DNA of 64,000 bases from Fistulifera solaris (taxonomy: Eukaryota), in assembly GCA_030295235.1 (NCBI GenBank), contig AP026137.1, forward strand, positions 310,001 to 374,000, written 5' to 3'. The notes under the pieces are model-generated. The model saw only the letters and a list, made by a program, of their open reading frames with translations, was not told the origin of the DNA and ran no database searches. The position numbers were made by a program, and so were the translations under genes. Below are positions 13,410 to 26,419 of this stretch, in pieces. The first letter of the stretch is position 1. Each line of letters opens with the position of its first letter.

Positions 13410-14980
13410 TCACTCTATCTTTCTTAGCTTTGCAACGAAAAAACCATCGCACTGGCCAACTTCATCGGTGTTTACACTTGGAATGACTCGAATAAATCCA
13501 TTTCTGTCAATGGCTTTGTCAAAGCCAGGAATGTCGCCCTCTTGGAAGGGAATCACTTCGACTTTTGATCCTGCTTTCCGTTTTAATAATTGCTTTACTT
13601 GATTTTCACTTTCGTTGGGAAGCAAACTGCATGTGGCGTACACGAGGCAGCCGCCCACATCCAAAAAGATTGTCAATGGCATGGCACGTAATGTCCAATT
13701 GTGTTTGAAGAAGATCATCATAGCTCGCGTCACGTCGCAGTACATCGGGTCGTTTACTGGCGGTCCCGGTAGCTGTACACGGAACGTCCGCCAAAATCCC
13801 TTGGATCTTTTGATCCGTCTGCCATTGGGAAGCGTCCGCTATATGAATATCCCAATCCATATTCAAACGCTCTTTGTTTTCTTTCAAACGCTTAGAGCGT
13901 CGATTGGAGATCTCAACTGCCGTGACACTACCGAATCCGTAACTAGAAAGTTGGGCCGTTTTCCCACCTGGAGAAGCACACAGATCCACGACATGTTGTC
14001 CTTGAGCAGACCCCTTTCTACTCAACTCTTGATAAAGAGCCATGGCCGGAATCGTTGCTGCTACATCTTGTAGCCACCAAGTACCCTCCTCGTATCCGGG
14101 CCAATCCGAGATGGGCCCCGACGGAGGATGGTCGATACGAATGGATCCTTGTGGTAAGATTGTCGCATTCTCAAACGTCCCCGCAATCTCTTCCAAGACG
14201 CTCTTCGATTGTCCTGGAATATACCCTTTAACGGTGATACATCGCGGACTTTCGACCATCGATGCCTCCAAAATTTTGTGCGTCGCCTCTTCTCCCCAAG
14301 CTTTCTTCCATGACTCAATTAACCATGGCGCTGCATTGTCTTCAACACTACTGCATTCCGCCAACAACGTGGGACCTTCCCGCGACAATCGTCGCAATAG
14401 AGCATTCACAAATTTGATTTTCGTTTCGGAGATAGCTTTCCTATCCTTAAAATTCATGCGCAACACATCGACGGTTTCTTTGACGGCCGCATGCGCCGGA
14501 GTCTCCAGAAACAAAAGTTGGGCCGCCCCGACCGCCAAGACGGTTTGCAGTAAACACTCTTCTTTCGTGCGACGATTCTTTTGCGTCTGACAGTGGTCGA
14601 GGACCTTTTCAATTTGTCCCTTTCGCCGTTGTACGGTAGTGAGGAGTCTTCGGCAAAAGGCCCGGTCTCGTGTCGAGAGAGTGACAAACTGCGGGTGGCG
14701 CGAGAGTTGTTCGATGGGATCCGATGATTTTTTTGGTCAGCAAGGCATCTACGACGAGATAACGAGTGGATATTGTAGTTATTTGGGGGCTTTCGGTGCT
14801 CGATCGTACTATTGTCAAGGCGGGGGGATACCGTACAGTAGGGTTTTGAAGGAGACGACATCGGGCAACAAGAAGGTCGGCTTTAAAGGGGGCTGAGAGA
14901 AATCCCTCCGAAACTGACGTTTTTAAAACAGTCAGGCATAGTACGCAAACGGCTCGCTTTGTAACGTGTATAGAAAGCAT
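13410..14980 (-). CDS. rsmB: RsmB/Sun m5C rRNA methyltransferase with NusB-like domain
   Basis: HAAVKETV, FVNALLRR, DLCASPGGKT, DVPCTATG, LVYATCS, DGFFVA; several frameshifts; presequence-like N-terminus (SEG-F). Confidence 0.88.
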
Positions 14981-16891
14981 TCTGGATTTCACTGTTCTAG
15001 GTTCTTCGATACCGATTTCCCTTTATGATCTTGGCTGTTTGATTCTCGGCTTCGATATTAATAGTCTTTTTAGGAGCAGCAGACGTTTGCATCATAACAT
15101 CATGGTCATGATGATCGAAATGTTTCGTTTTCTTGCAGAAAAAATGAAGGGTGACCAGACAATGTCGTTGCGGCATTTCATTTCCGTCTGGGTTGCATTT
15201 TGCGTCAGTTTCGCATCGGAAAATTGGACAAAGCCTTTCGCCTTTCTACTCTTTCGTATCGACATTACCAAATTTCGGCTTCCGTGTTTTCCGTCCATCT
15301 GGCGACAGCCGGCGCAGTTTCAAAACGTCATTTTGTGGACTTGCACACACATTCGAAGATTTTCAGGACTGGTGGGAACTAAAGATCTCAAGCTAGAGAC
15401 GAGGGAAGAGAAACAAGTCAGACAACTTTTGTTTCTTAGTATTGCATCATGGCATGAAATCGTCGCGTGGATGCCACCTGCTTCGAGTGTTGGTCCAGTG
15501 CCGACCGTGGATGGCGAAGCGAGGCAGAGTGGCTACGCCAAAAGAAATATGATCGGCCATTGTCGACGTGTACCAAGCAAACATTGCCTTTGAGAGAAAA
15601 GCATACAACGTGGAAGTAATGTAGGCTCCTGGCAGCTAAGACGGATTGCAAAGCATTTCGGAAATATGACAATGAGTCGTCAACTAGCGAGGAACTCTAT
15701 CTAAAATTCAAAAAGAAGCCAAAGTCAAGCGAATTTTGTCTCTTGTAGAATAATTAGCACCTCAGGGAATTTGGAGCTTAACCTATAGGATCAATAACAC
15801 TTTTCTCCGATTAGCAATTCAACGTCGACTGTGGTGTAATCGGTCGATCGCCCTGTAGGACCGACAAATCGAATGAATCCATGAGAGGCCGATGCATTGT
15901 GGATTTTACCTGGAAAGAGGAAAAGTGGAGCACTCCCTGCACGAACGTACCTTGCATGTCTTTTCGGTGGACTTTGGCAAACCATCCTCCAGTCGGGGTG
16001 GAATGTTCTGCTCCATTCCGTAATAGTCCTGTCTTTGGTCGTCGAACGCATAAAATGGCCGACATGCGTCCAATATTTCTTGATAGACATCAAAGTGGAT
16101 CTCAGACGCCATTCTGCAGGTTTGGGGAGGATATGAAAAAGGAAGGTATGAAAAAGAATGACAATGCGGACAAATAATCATCAAAAAGGATGTGCCATTC
16201 CGTTTTGGAAAGAAATATCGATAAAGGGGAAATGTGAGCCGTGATGCGAGAATGATGCAATGTACGTTGAAGTACGTTAACTTACTTGTGCTCAAAAGCA
16301 CTCTCTGTATTCTGTTGGCAGTTGGTTCGTTTCTGATGAAAGGAAAGGACACGGTCAAATCGCGAAGGCTGCATTGAAGTTTCTCAGAAATGACAGGTTG
16401 GTTTTACTTTCTAAAAGGATAGTCGTTTGAACGTCAGCAAAACTGTCGTGCGCACTTCAACCGGCAGTTGGCGGTTCGCTTTGCGATTGGGGAATGGACA
16501 TCTGGCTTTCGAAAAACGTGGCACCAACGTGGCAGTGGTGGCAATCTGACTCAAACAAGACTCGATATTGGATTTGGTCATGTTTATGACGAAACAAGCC
16601 AATGTCAGTAGTCACTGCGACATTATCATGAAACGTGAAACGTGGACACCGAAAATGACTCTTTGCGCCAAAATTTTTCGATGATGAATGATGAATGATG
16701 ACTTTCTTATTATACGCACCTTCGGGCCGACTTGAATGAGATGGTTTACAACAATACCTTCATTGTTCTCAAATAAATAACTGTTTGTGGTTGTTGCACG
16801 TCTATCATACTGCGGATCCGACGTGACAGAGGGGATACCTGTTAGAAAGCATTGTCGTTTAGATAGAGCCGCAAATTGCGTGAATCTCACG

Positions 16892-19077
16892 ATGCTTCCG
16901 CAAAAAGTCATCAACCAAATGATGCTGAATCCCATGATGAAGCTCAAGCAATCCAAGGGTCAGGGGAGGTCGGCGTGGCAAGCTGAAACGCCAGAACTCG
17001 CGCTTGGCATGGGATTCGCGCATTACAGCACCATCCATTAAACTGGATTTAGTGATAGAGTGCCGCCGACTGCCCAAGAAGGATAGTTTCAGTCAAGCGA
17101 ACGCCTTTTGCGGAGTCTGGGAAGTGCCGCCGGGGTTTCGATCCGAGGGTGCGAAAGGCGTCAGCCGACTACCCGCACGTCAGGAAAAAGAAATCGGTAG
17201 AACCGAAGTTGTACGAGAAAACAAAAATCCAAAATTCAGCACGACCTTTCGATTGGAATACCGATTCAACATTGAGCAAACGTACGTTGTGCGAGTCTAC
17301 GACGAAGATTTGCGGTATGCATCCGATTTGAAAGAGCATGACTTTATTGGGGGATATGTTTTTACGTTGGGTGAGTTGCTCGGGGCCAATGGATGCTCTA
17401 TAGCGCGTCCGCTGGAAAAAGGAAACGCATTTTTAATTTTGACAGGGGTCGAAATTCTCGAAACCAGGGAGGTGCTGGAATTTCGATTCTCGGGACAGGG
17501 GCTAGGTTTGCTGGAACGTAAAAATAAAGTGCAGGATGTACTGAAACAAATTGACAAAGTTCATTTGGCCAAAAATGCGCTGAAAACAATCGACAAAGTA
17601 AACGTTGCCAAAACCATGTTGGACTCTATTGATCACTTTGATCCTTACTTTACACTGGAAAAACTGAATACAGAAGATCAGACCTGGAAGGTAATATGGA
17701 AATCAGAAGTGATGAAGGACGACCAAGATCCATGCTGGAATGTTGCAAGGTTGCCGTTGCAGTTGTTGTGTGGTGACGATCCCACGACCCCACTGAAAAT
17801 CACTATTTGGGATTGGAATCGATTTACTCCAGGTACGTGGGTGTAATGAAGTGTACCCCCTCTTGACTTGTAATAATCGCGCCTTTTTCTTCCTTGTGAT
17901 CATTGATATGCTCATTCTCCATTTCGATTGCAGATGAATTGGCTGGTTTCGTCGAAACCTCCGTCGACGAACTCGTCCACAAAGCAAAGCGTGGTATACC
18001 CATGTTTGATGTTATGTTTGAAAAGCGAAAAATATTGGGCGGTACCAAGTTGAAAAAGGCTGGTTGTCTCAAAGTTCTTAAGGGTGCGATTGTCGAAATT
18101 CCTAGTATGATGCAGTACGTGTCGGGTGGCTGCAAGATGGACTTAATTTTTGCCGTCGATTGCTCGTTTGGTAACGGGGAAGATATGCGGGAAGAAAACA
18201 ATTATCATTTCCATACACATACGTGGCTGAATGGTAAGTGTGTCCCTTGACTCTGCGACTTTCTGAAAAATTCCGCTTCTCATCATTCAACCATGTGTCC
18301 GCTCCCGTGACAGATTACCAGGCCGCAATACTGAAAATTGCCAGTATCTATGAATCGTTCCACACAGTCAATCCCTTTACGCTGTGGGGTTATGGAGGTC
18401 TGATCAATGGCGCCCACCAGCCTTATTTTATTATGGGAGAAAATCTAGCAACGTCGGACGCGGTCGTGCAAGCGTACGACATTTTCTTCGCCCCCGACAA
18501 TCCGTATTTTACCTTGGGACCTCGTGCCGAAATGCGACATGTAGTCCAAGCGGCCATGTATCGGGCGATCCGATCCAATCAGCAACATCACTGCTATACG
18601 ACTCTCGTGATCCTATCGACGGGAGAAATCAGCGATTTACAGCAAACGATCGACTCGGTGTGTTCCTCTGCCGAAGACGCACCACTCTCTATTGTAATCA
18701 TTGGTGTGGGTGGAAAGAGTTTCAAGAATATTGAGAAGCTCATGGGCGACGAATCGGGTAAATTGCGGCATTCCAATGGTGTCCCAGTAGCGTTGGACGT
18801 TGTGCAGTTTGTGGTATTTAACGACTACCATGGCAGTGCCAGTCGTTGTGCTGCGGCTGCTCTGCGTGATGTCCCCGAACAATTTGTGCAGCACTTTCTA
18901 AATGCCGGCGTGAAACCCAAACCGCCCCAAGCTATGCCGGACTTTGAAGAACTAGTCAGTAAATCAGTCAAGCAAATGAAAAAGCTTAGAGATAGCGGTA
19001 AGAAATCCAAAAAGAAGAAAGTTGTCGAAAAGCAGGAAGACGAAGGGGATGATGATAAATCGATGGAGGCACTTTAA
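16892..19077 (+). CDS. Copine (two C2 domains + VWA)
   Basis: KEIGRTEV, NPKF, DPYF, IWKSEV, VILSTGEISD, APLSIVIIGVG, DVVQFV, VPEQF. Introns 17833-17933 and 18234-18313; start uncertain because of a frameshift near 16965. Confidence 0.9.
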
Positions 19078-19269
19078 GCGCTAAAGGACGATTCGTTGGC
19101 GTCTCGCTCTCGACATCCTTTTGCTTCAGTAAAATCGAGCGAGAAGCTTGGAACATCATACATTGCGACTTTGAAGAGCGCAAAGCGAAAGACCTTTAGG
19201 TTTAACAAGTAAGACTCTAAGCGTTTCTAGCATTCATTCTAGAGCGACCCATGCCATGCGTTTTTTCGA

Positions 19270-20154
19270 TTATAATTCTGCCGTTCCCACCATAGATCGT
19301 CCTACTACTATTTTATTCCAACAATCTTGAATGTAAGGAATGCTGGCAATTTCCACCAACCAAATCAAAAAGGTCCAAAAGGCAATTGTCATTACAGGCA
19401 CTTGGGGATTGCGATCGTACCACAAGGAAAAGGTCGCGTGCACAAAAAAGAAGGGCGCCACCAAGGCTCGCACGGCTACGTACGCCACACTAAATGCGTA
19501 TTCAATCATCATATACAATTGTTGACTGAGCGGACCATTGCAACACTCCAATTGTTGGGCCGCAATCGCAATAAAGTACGCATTGTGCAACGGATTCGTC
19601 ATTTCTCCCAAAAACATGCAAATGAAAGCCGATTGGTGTCCCGCACGATGAATCCGACACAAGGTCATATAGAGCGTGGTGGCAATGTGGTGACCCAAGA
19701 ACATGAGCGCATCGCCTTGAATGCTATCCATGGTCCAATTCAACCACAATACATTGAGGAGACAGTCGTACAGCATATAACCGGTACAGAATTGGAGCAA
19801 ACAGGTAGCGGCGTGTTGATAAAAGGCCGGTGCTTCCGCGAGGGATTCACTCGGTCGATACCGATGAATACGAAAGGTTTGCCACAAGGAAGGTACCAAG
19901 AGGGAGGAATGCAACATGGCGGGGACACTGGCGGATGCCGTCTTGGTGACGAATGATACGGCCGGCCATCCAAAGATGGTGACCATGACAAATTCGGCGA
20001 TATAACGAACACATCCGAGAAAGACGGCCGACGCCAGTGTCAAGGAAACATCGAGTCCTCCGACGGAGATGCGCGGCAATGCGTCATCGATGTTGCACCA
20101 CCATTGCAATAAGCGTGGGTGCTGGCTGGTTTCCTTCTTTGCTGACTGTGTCAT
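19270..20154 (-). CDS. TLC (TRAM/LAG1/CLN8) domain membrane protein
   Basis: Multiple TM helices, GYMLYD, FLGHH, EMTNP motifs. Confidence 0.8.
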   Translation of the reverse strand: MTQSAKKETSQHPRLLQWWCNIDDALPRISVGGLDVSLTLASAVFLGCVRYIAEFVMVTIFGWPAVSFVTKTASASVPAMLHSSLLVPSLWQTFRIHRYRPSESLAEAPAFYQHAATCLLQFCTGYMLYDCLLNVLWLNWTMDSIQGDALMFLGHHIATTLYMTLCRIHRAGHQSAFICMFLGEMTNPLHNAYFIAIAAQQLECCNGPLSQQLYMMIEYAFSVAYVAVRALVAPFFFVHATFSLWYDRNPQVPVMTIAFWTFLIWLVEIASIPYIQDCWNKIVVGRSMVGTAEL

Positions 20155-20397
20155 CTCTTGTGTAAGTACGTGTACTGTTAAAGGAACGGAAAGGATGCGA
20201 ACATCTAAAGTATTATAGAAGAAGCAATAATCAAATAATTCATCCTCGCGTTTATCATTCGCATCATTGCCGTGTGTGTGTGAGTGTGACGGCGGAATAG
20301 TAGGTGCGCCTTGTATTTACTCACTGTTCGCATTACAGTGAAATCAAAATCCACAATTAATGGATAAGTACCAGACGGACATGCCCCTGCTCACCAA

Positions 20398-21392
20398 TCA
20401 CCACTCGGGATCTTGCACAAACGTAACTGGCTCCTGGGTACGGGGATGAGGAAACGATAGTTGATACGCATGCAAATACAGTCGTTGGCGGTCATCTTTT
20501 CATTTCCATACAAAGTATCTCCCACAATTCCTCCAAAATGCGCCGCGCAATGGACCCGCAATTGATGGGTGCGGCCCGTGATGGGTTTCAATTCCAAATA
20601 ATGATCGTCGTCGTTCACTCGTCGCCACAGCGTCGTGCATTCTTTGGCATCGGCGTCTGTCGAAATTTCCCATTTTAAACGTTCGTTTGGTGAAGGTTTC
20701 AAGGCATCGTTAATGGTTTGCCATTCCTCGGTGCGATCGGCCGGAAGTCGATGTACCTTGGCCCAGTATACTTTTTGCACGGCAAGACGTTCCCGCCAAG
20801 CACGACACAAGGCCGCGGCCGCTAAAGACGTCCGTCCCACCACCAAAACACCCGATGTGGCACAATCGAGGCGATGCACAATATGCCACTGGTTGGCAGT
20901 AGTCGTCGGATACAGTAAGCACAGTTGTCCCAAGACGGATTCTTCGGGACTCGTAGCTTTCGGCAAAAGACGTCGCTGTGCGTTCGACAATCGTTGAAAG
21001 ATACGGGGCAAGAGTGTTATTGTGACATCTTCATTCTTGTTGTTCACGGCGGCAAAGGTCGACGCCCCGTACTTGGACCAATTTCGTTTCACAAACGATT
21101 GAAAGGGTTTCCATTTGTGCGGAAGACACTTGGCATAATGGTCAACTTGTGATATTTGACATAAGAAGGTATCAATCTCATCTTGGGGCTGTGTCAGGGT
21201 CTTGGCATAGTTACAAACGACGTGTTTCCAAGCTTGAGAGGCCGAATATTGGGGTTGCTGTGGTGTTAGTGGCTCCGCCGCATTTCCTGGAACGGTCCGT
21301 AAATGAGGTGGCTTGGCCACTACAACTATATCATCGTCTTCATATATGATACGAATCCGTAATGGTAGTGGTATATGTGTTAGTGGGGACAT
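20398..21392 (-). CDS. RluA-family pseudouridine synthase
   Basis: IIYEDDDIVVVAKP, VHRLDCATSG, TGRTHQLRVH, IVGDTLYG; frameshift near 20500 restores LYLHA...FPHP. Confidence 0.9.
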
Positions 21393-21740
21393 GCTGATTG
21401 CGAGGATTGAACGGGTGATCTCTATCTTTGTATTTATGAAAAGGAGAAAAATGAAAGAATCATCGACACTCAACAAAAAGAAAAAAGACTATGTAAAGCT
21501 TTATACAATAGGGGGAGGGGGAGAAAATTACCGACACTCCACAACTTTAATGTCGCAGTGTGTCTCAACCATTCAAGATATAGTTTCCGACAAAACACGA
21601 CTCAAATTGTTGACTGTTTCTGATTGCGTGAATCTTGGCGCCGTCTCGGAATTATTATATTGTAACTTGAAAAGGAGTTTTAATTTAAATTATATCAATA
21701 AACACAACAACACAATTCATTGCAAGTAACTACAACAACC

Positions 21741-23018
21741 ATGTCGTCTCCGGTTTCCCCTCCTCCCAAGAAATATGTCAACATTAATGGTGTCATGAAA
21801 TTGAATCCGGAATACCAAAAGTGGAAAGCGTCCACCACGTTGAGTGCCGAGGCGTTGCCGATCGTGTCGACGGTCCACGATTGTCAAGAAATGCAATCGG
21901 TCGCTCCTTCTTCCCAGATCAATAGTGAAACGCAAGAGACACTCGATTCGATCCCCCAACGTTTGGATGGAATTTTGTCACCCGACACGGCCTTGACGCA
22001 ATTGACGAACTTGCTGGCCAAATACGAAGTGCCCCTCGGTTTGTTGCGGAAATTGATGATTCTGTCGGAATTTGATGTCTTGGAGTTCCTAGTCGATGAT
22101 AGCGGAAGTATGGGATTGCTCAGTGATACCCAAGATGCGTACGGACGAACGCATACGCGTTGGCAGGAAGCGGCGAGTCGCTTGAAGGAAATGATGGAAA
22201 TTCTCTCGTATTTGCCCTTTCAACAGGTCAAAATTTGGTTTCTCAATCGTCCACAGACGTTGCATTTCCAACGCCAGCGTCGCGATCCGACCACATTGTT
22301 TCAAGATATGGTCGCGCAGATTGATCAAGTTTTTGCCACGGCACCGTACGGTAGTACGCCCGCGTTCGAACGTTTGCAACAATCCTTTCGCACGTATCCA
22401 TCCCAACAAAAAGTGGCGCGTTACTTTTTTTGGAGACGGCGTTCCCAACGGTGGAAAAACGGCACAGAAACAAATTCTGACCTTGTTGCAAACGCGCCCT
22501 CAGCCCGAACAACATCCCGTTACCTTTCTGAGTTGCACGTCCAACGATGAAGAAGTGTTGTGGATGAAAGAAGCGGAAGAAGCCGCGCCGTATTGTGCCG
22601 AATGTGATGATTACGAGGATGAAATGCGGGAAGTCTTGGCCGATCAAGGAGCGGCCTTTCCGTATACCCGAGGCTTTTGGTTGATTTGTGCGCTCGTGTC
22701 GGCCTGCTTTCCCGACGATTTGGATGCGTTAGATGAAAGTGTTCCCTTTACGAAAACAACGTTAGACCGACTGTTGGGCATGGATCATACCGGAGAGTCG
22801 TACAAGTACTACTTTGAGTGTTTCGTCCAAGCGCAAGCGAATAAAAAGTTGGAAAAGAAAGGGTTGTTCGGTTTCCGCAACAAAAGTAAGGTGGATGCCT
22901 TGAAAAGAACCAAAACTGGAAACCCTACTACGATGAATTTGTCATTGCTCCCGTGGCACATCAGATACCCGTGGTTCGAGAATTCCGCGAAAAACTCAAA
23001 AAGTTGGCATCGAAGTAA
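21741..23018 (+). CDS. Uncharacterised VWA-domain protein
   Basis: FLVDDSGSM MIDAS, GSTP, FFGDGVPN; frameshifts near 22430 and 22915. Confidence 0.7.
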
Positions 23019-23114
23019 AGAAGACGGGAAGAGACTCAATAGTCGCAATATTCGTTAAAACAGCTTCTAGCGTGTCTATCTAAGCTCTTTGTTGTTCCTG
23101 CATATATTAAGTTT

Positions 23115-24295
23115 TTATTTTAATTGGTTCGCCGACCCTTGAAAGGCACTCGAGGACTTGAGCTTGGAATATTTCCCGGCAATTCGTGACTTTCGTTTCG
23201 ATTCCACCGGGATCGGTTCCGACGGTGGCGTTTCGGAAGCACTGTTCGTTGCACTCGTGGTCCGGCCACTCCCATTCATGCTGCTAGCCGCTTGTTGCGC
23301 CAAAAGGCGTTTCGCGGCGGCTTCGGCACGGACCGTCCGAATATCGACTTCCCTTCCCGCCGCATCCACGAGCGGAGCCGGAGCCTTGCCATCGAGTCGC
23401 CGGGCCCCTTCGCTTTGCAGGGCCCAATAATCGACCGAGGGTGCCTCTTCCGGAATGGCGGCGTTCTTTTGGACTCCCGTGGCTCCCAGTCGTTCCGCCA
23501 AGGGAATTTCGGTTGCTTTTGGATTGTTGCTTTCGGGACGCACAATCTGACCGTTGACAATGCGTATTCCGGTAGCCTTTTCCTCGGGTGCTTCCACATT
23601 GTTGTTGTTGTTGTTGTTGACGCTTTTATAGTTGCTCGCTTCCGTTCGTTCCGGTTCCACATACCCAATCGGCGCATCAAAGTCGACTTGACAATCCGTT
23701 TCAATGATACAGGCAGCATCCGCCGGCTGGACTTGTTGCAAGGCAAGGTGATAATTCTTGTCATTGTATTGAATTTGAATGACATCTCCTACCGTGACAC
23801 ACGAAAAGTTCCGTAACGCATGCTCCAGGACCGCTTTTGGATTCGAAATTTCCAAAAAGTCGACCGATTGGGGCTGCAATTTGACAAAGGTGGCTTTGGG
23901 CAAACTAATATTTTTGACCGTAATCAAACTCCCCTCTTCAATGATTAAATTTTGCATCATCCAATACGGAATGTAACAGCATCCTTCTTCGGCGGTAAAT
24001 TCCAAAACACCCGAATGCGTCCGACGCGACGATGAGGCTGCCGTGAGCTGAAACAGCATGGGATAATCAACATTCAAACGGGCCAGTGTGTCAAAGGCCG
24101 ACGGCGGTAACAGTATTTTGTCGCCTCTCTACAAACGAAATAGATGAGTTTCCTACACAACCACAGAAAAACAAACTCACTGTAGCGACTCACCTCCAAA
24201 TGCGCCTTGTCTGCGGCGGCGACGGAATAGCAATGATACTGTTCTTCAAATTGACGTACGGCGGGGCCGGCAAAGCCCCATCCTGGAAGCATCAT
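23115..24295 (-). CDS. UFD1: Ubiquitin fusion degradation protein UFD1
   Basis: GDKILLPPSA, YPMLF, THSGVLEFTAEEG, PYWMMQNL, DFLEISNPKAVLE; intron 24129-24193. Confidence 0.95.
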
Positions 24296-24686
24296 GATAA
24301 TACAGCGGCTTCTCTTTTGCGAATATAAATTATATGCTAAATTAACTGCAAGGGGGGCTACACAAAGACTGTTTTATGCACACTGCTTCTCACTTTACGG
24401 AGTATAATAAATAACAGAGGGAATCGTGCGTCGTCATTCGTCATATGGTCATCACATGCGATGCGAGAAGAAAAAAAAAAAAAAAGAACGAAGAATAACT
24501 TCGAACGGCAACGACGAACGACGAGCGGACGATTGGCTCATGAGAGTTCGTGAATGCGGTGAGCGAAACGCGACACGCGACAAAAACGAAAAAGATCGCA
24601 TTGCTTTTTTGTTACTATTGTCATTCAATAATAACATAAACGCATCCTTCGTTCGTCTCTGTATACTTCGTTCTTCCTCTCTGACA

Positions 24687-25917
24687 ATGACTACTGAAAA
24701 CAGCATTTACATGGTCACCATGTCCGCTCCCACCAACATTGCGGTCATTAAATATTGGGGCAAAGCCGACACGCACTACAACACACCCATCAATTCCTCG
24801 CTGTCCGTGACGTTGGATCAAACGGAGTTGCGGGCCATTACGACCGTCGCGGTCTCTCAAAAATTCACGAAAGATCGTTTTTGGTTAAATGGTGTGGAAG
24901 AAGACGAATTGTTGCACAGTCCACGATTCCGGGCGTGTTTGGAAGGCGTACAAAAATTAGCGCAAGATCATACCGATGCGGACGGCAATTTAATTTACAC
25001 CAAAGACGACTGGAAACACTTGCATTTGCACATTTCGTCCTACAATACGTTTCCGACGGCGGCTGGATTGGCGAGTTCGGCGGCCGGATATGCGGCCCTC
25101 GTGGCGGCTTTGTGTCAACTCTATCACGCCGTGGAAACCTTTCCGGGAGAATTCAGTACCATTGCCCGACAGGGCAGTGGTTCCGCGTGTCGTTCCCTGT
25201 ACGGTGGGATTGTCGCCTGGCGGCAGGGGACTCCCCGAACAGCAGTGGCGGGATAGCAAAGCGGAACCCGTGCTCACCGATTGGCCGGAACTCCGGGCTC
25301 TCTTGTTGGTCGTCAGTGACTCGAAGAAAGATACCAGTAGTACGACCGGCATGCAAACATCGGTCCAAACATCGCCACTGTTGCAATACCGGGCCCAACA
25401 CATTGTTCCGGCGCGGATGCAAGCCATGGAACAAGCCTGTCACGCCCGTGATTTTGGTACCTTTGCCCAATTGACCATGCAAGATTCGAATCAATTTCAT
25501 GCCACGTGTTTGGATACGTATCCACCCATCTTTTACATGAACGATATTTCCCGTCAAATTGTCCGAATTGTAACCGTGTACAATGCCTGGGCGGGAGAAT
25601 TGCGGGCGGCCTATACATTTGATGCGGGTCCGAATGCCGTCATTTACTGCTTGGAGCAGCACCAGCAACATCTAGCGGCACTTTTGTGTCATTATTTTCC
25701 TATTCCCGAAGGAACTCTTTCGTGTCTGGATACGAGTAGTGTGGTGTTGGAAGAGTCACTGTTGCAGGCGTGCAATGAAACCGGAAGGATTCCGCGGATG
25801 GGGGATGTGCAAACCATGTATGCCACCAAACCTGGTCCCGGGCCGTTGGTAGTGACGGATATTTGTAATTTGGATCCAGAAACGGGTCTCAACTGTTATG
25901 ATCCTCCTTCGAAATAA
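24687..25917 (+). CDS. MVD: Diphosphomevalonate decarboxylase
   Basis: APTNIAVIKYWGK, FPTAAGLASSAAG, GSGSACRS, DSNQFHA, YTFDAGPNA; one frameshift near 25230. Confidence 0.96.
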
Positions 25918-26419
25918 CCTTCTAGAATAGCAACTGTGCTGTGATCATATAAAAATCTCGAGTTAATTCGATTGCTTTCTAAGAAATGATTCAGCCTCCA
26001 ATAACAGCTTAAGTAAGGCAAGGTTTGCTGCAAGAAGACACTTTGGTATGTTTCTCTAGTCACGCTGTATTTCATTGGCGCCGTCTGTAAGAATAAGCAG
26101 CTACAGTCTCCTTAGCTCCGGATGGCATCTCGACGTCACAATGAGATGTCACAGTTTTAGTACCAGTCTTCATCTTACCGTGTCTAAGCAATTAGTTCGA
26201 GATACTGTTATGTCGTTGTCTTTATAGGACTCCGTGGTATTTGGCGACGACTTCAATTGCATTTTGCGAATGCATGTGCAATAACAAAAGGCGGGTGACA
26301 AAAACGCAATTGACTGCAATTACTATGTGCCTCATGTTTATTGCTTGTAACCTCTCTCAATAACAAAAGCAGCAAGGATATGGTTTAGAGAAGTCATTCG
26401 TAAAAGACGATGCCTCAGT

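Noticed and set aside
23598..23620. (GTT)n, (GAC)n and (CTA)n microsatellites (also near 3326, 40495, 49551)
   Set aside because: Ordinary short simple repeats, mostly encoding poly-N, poly-D or poly-S
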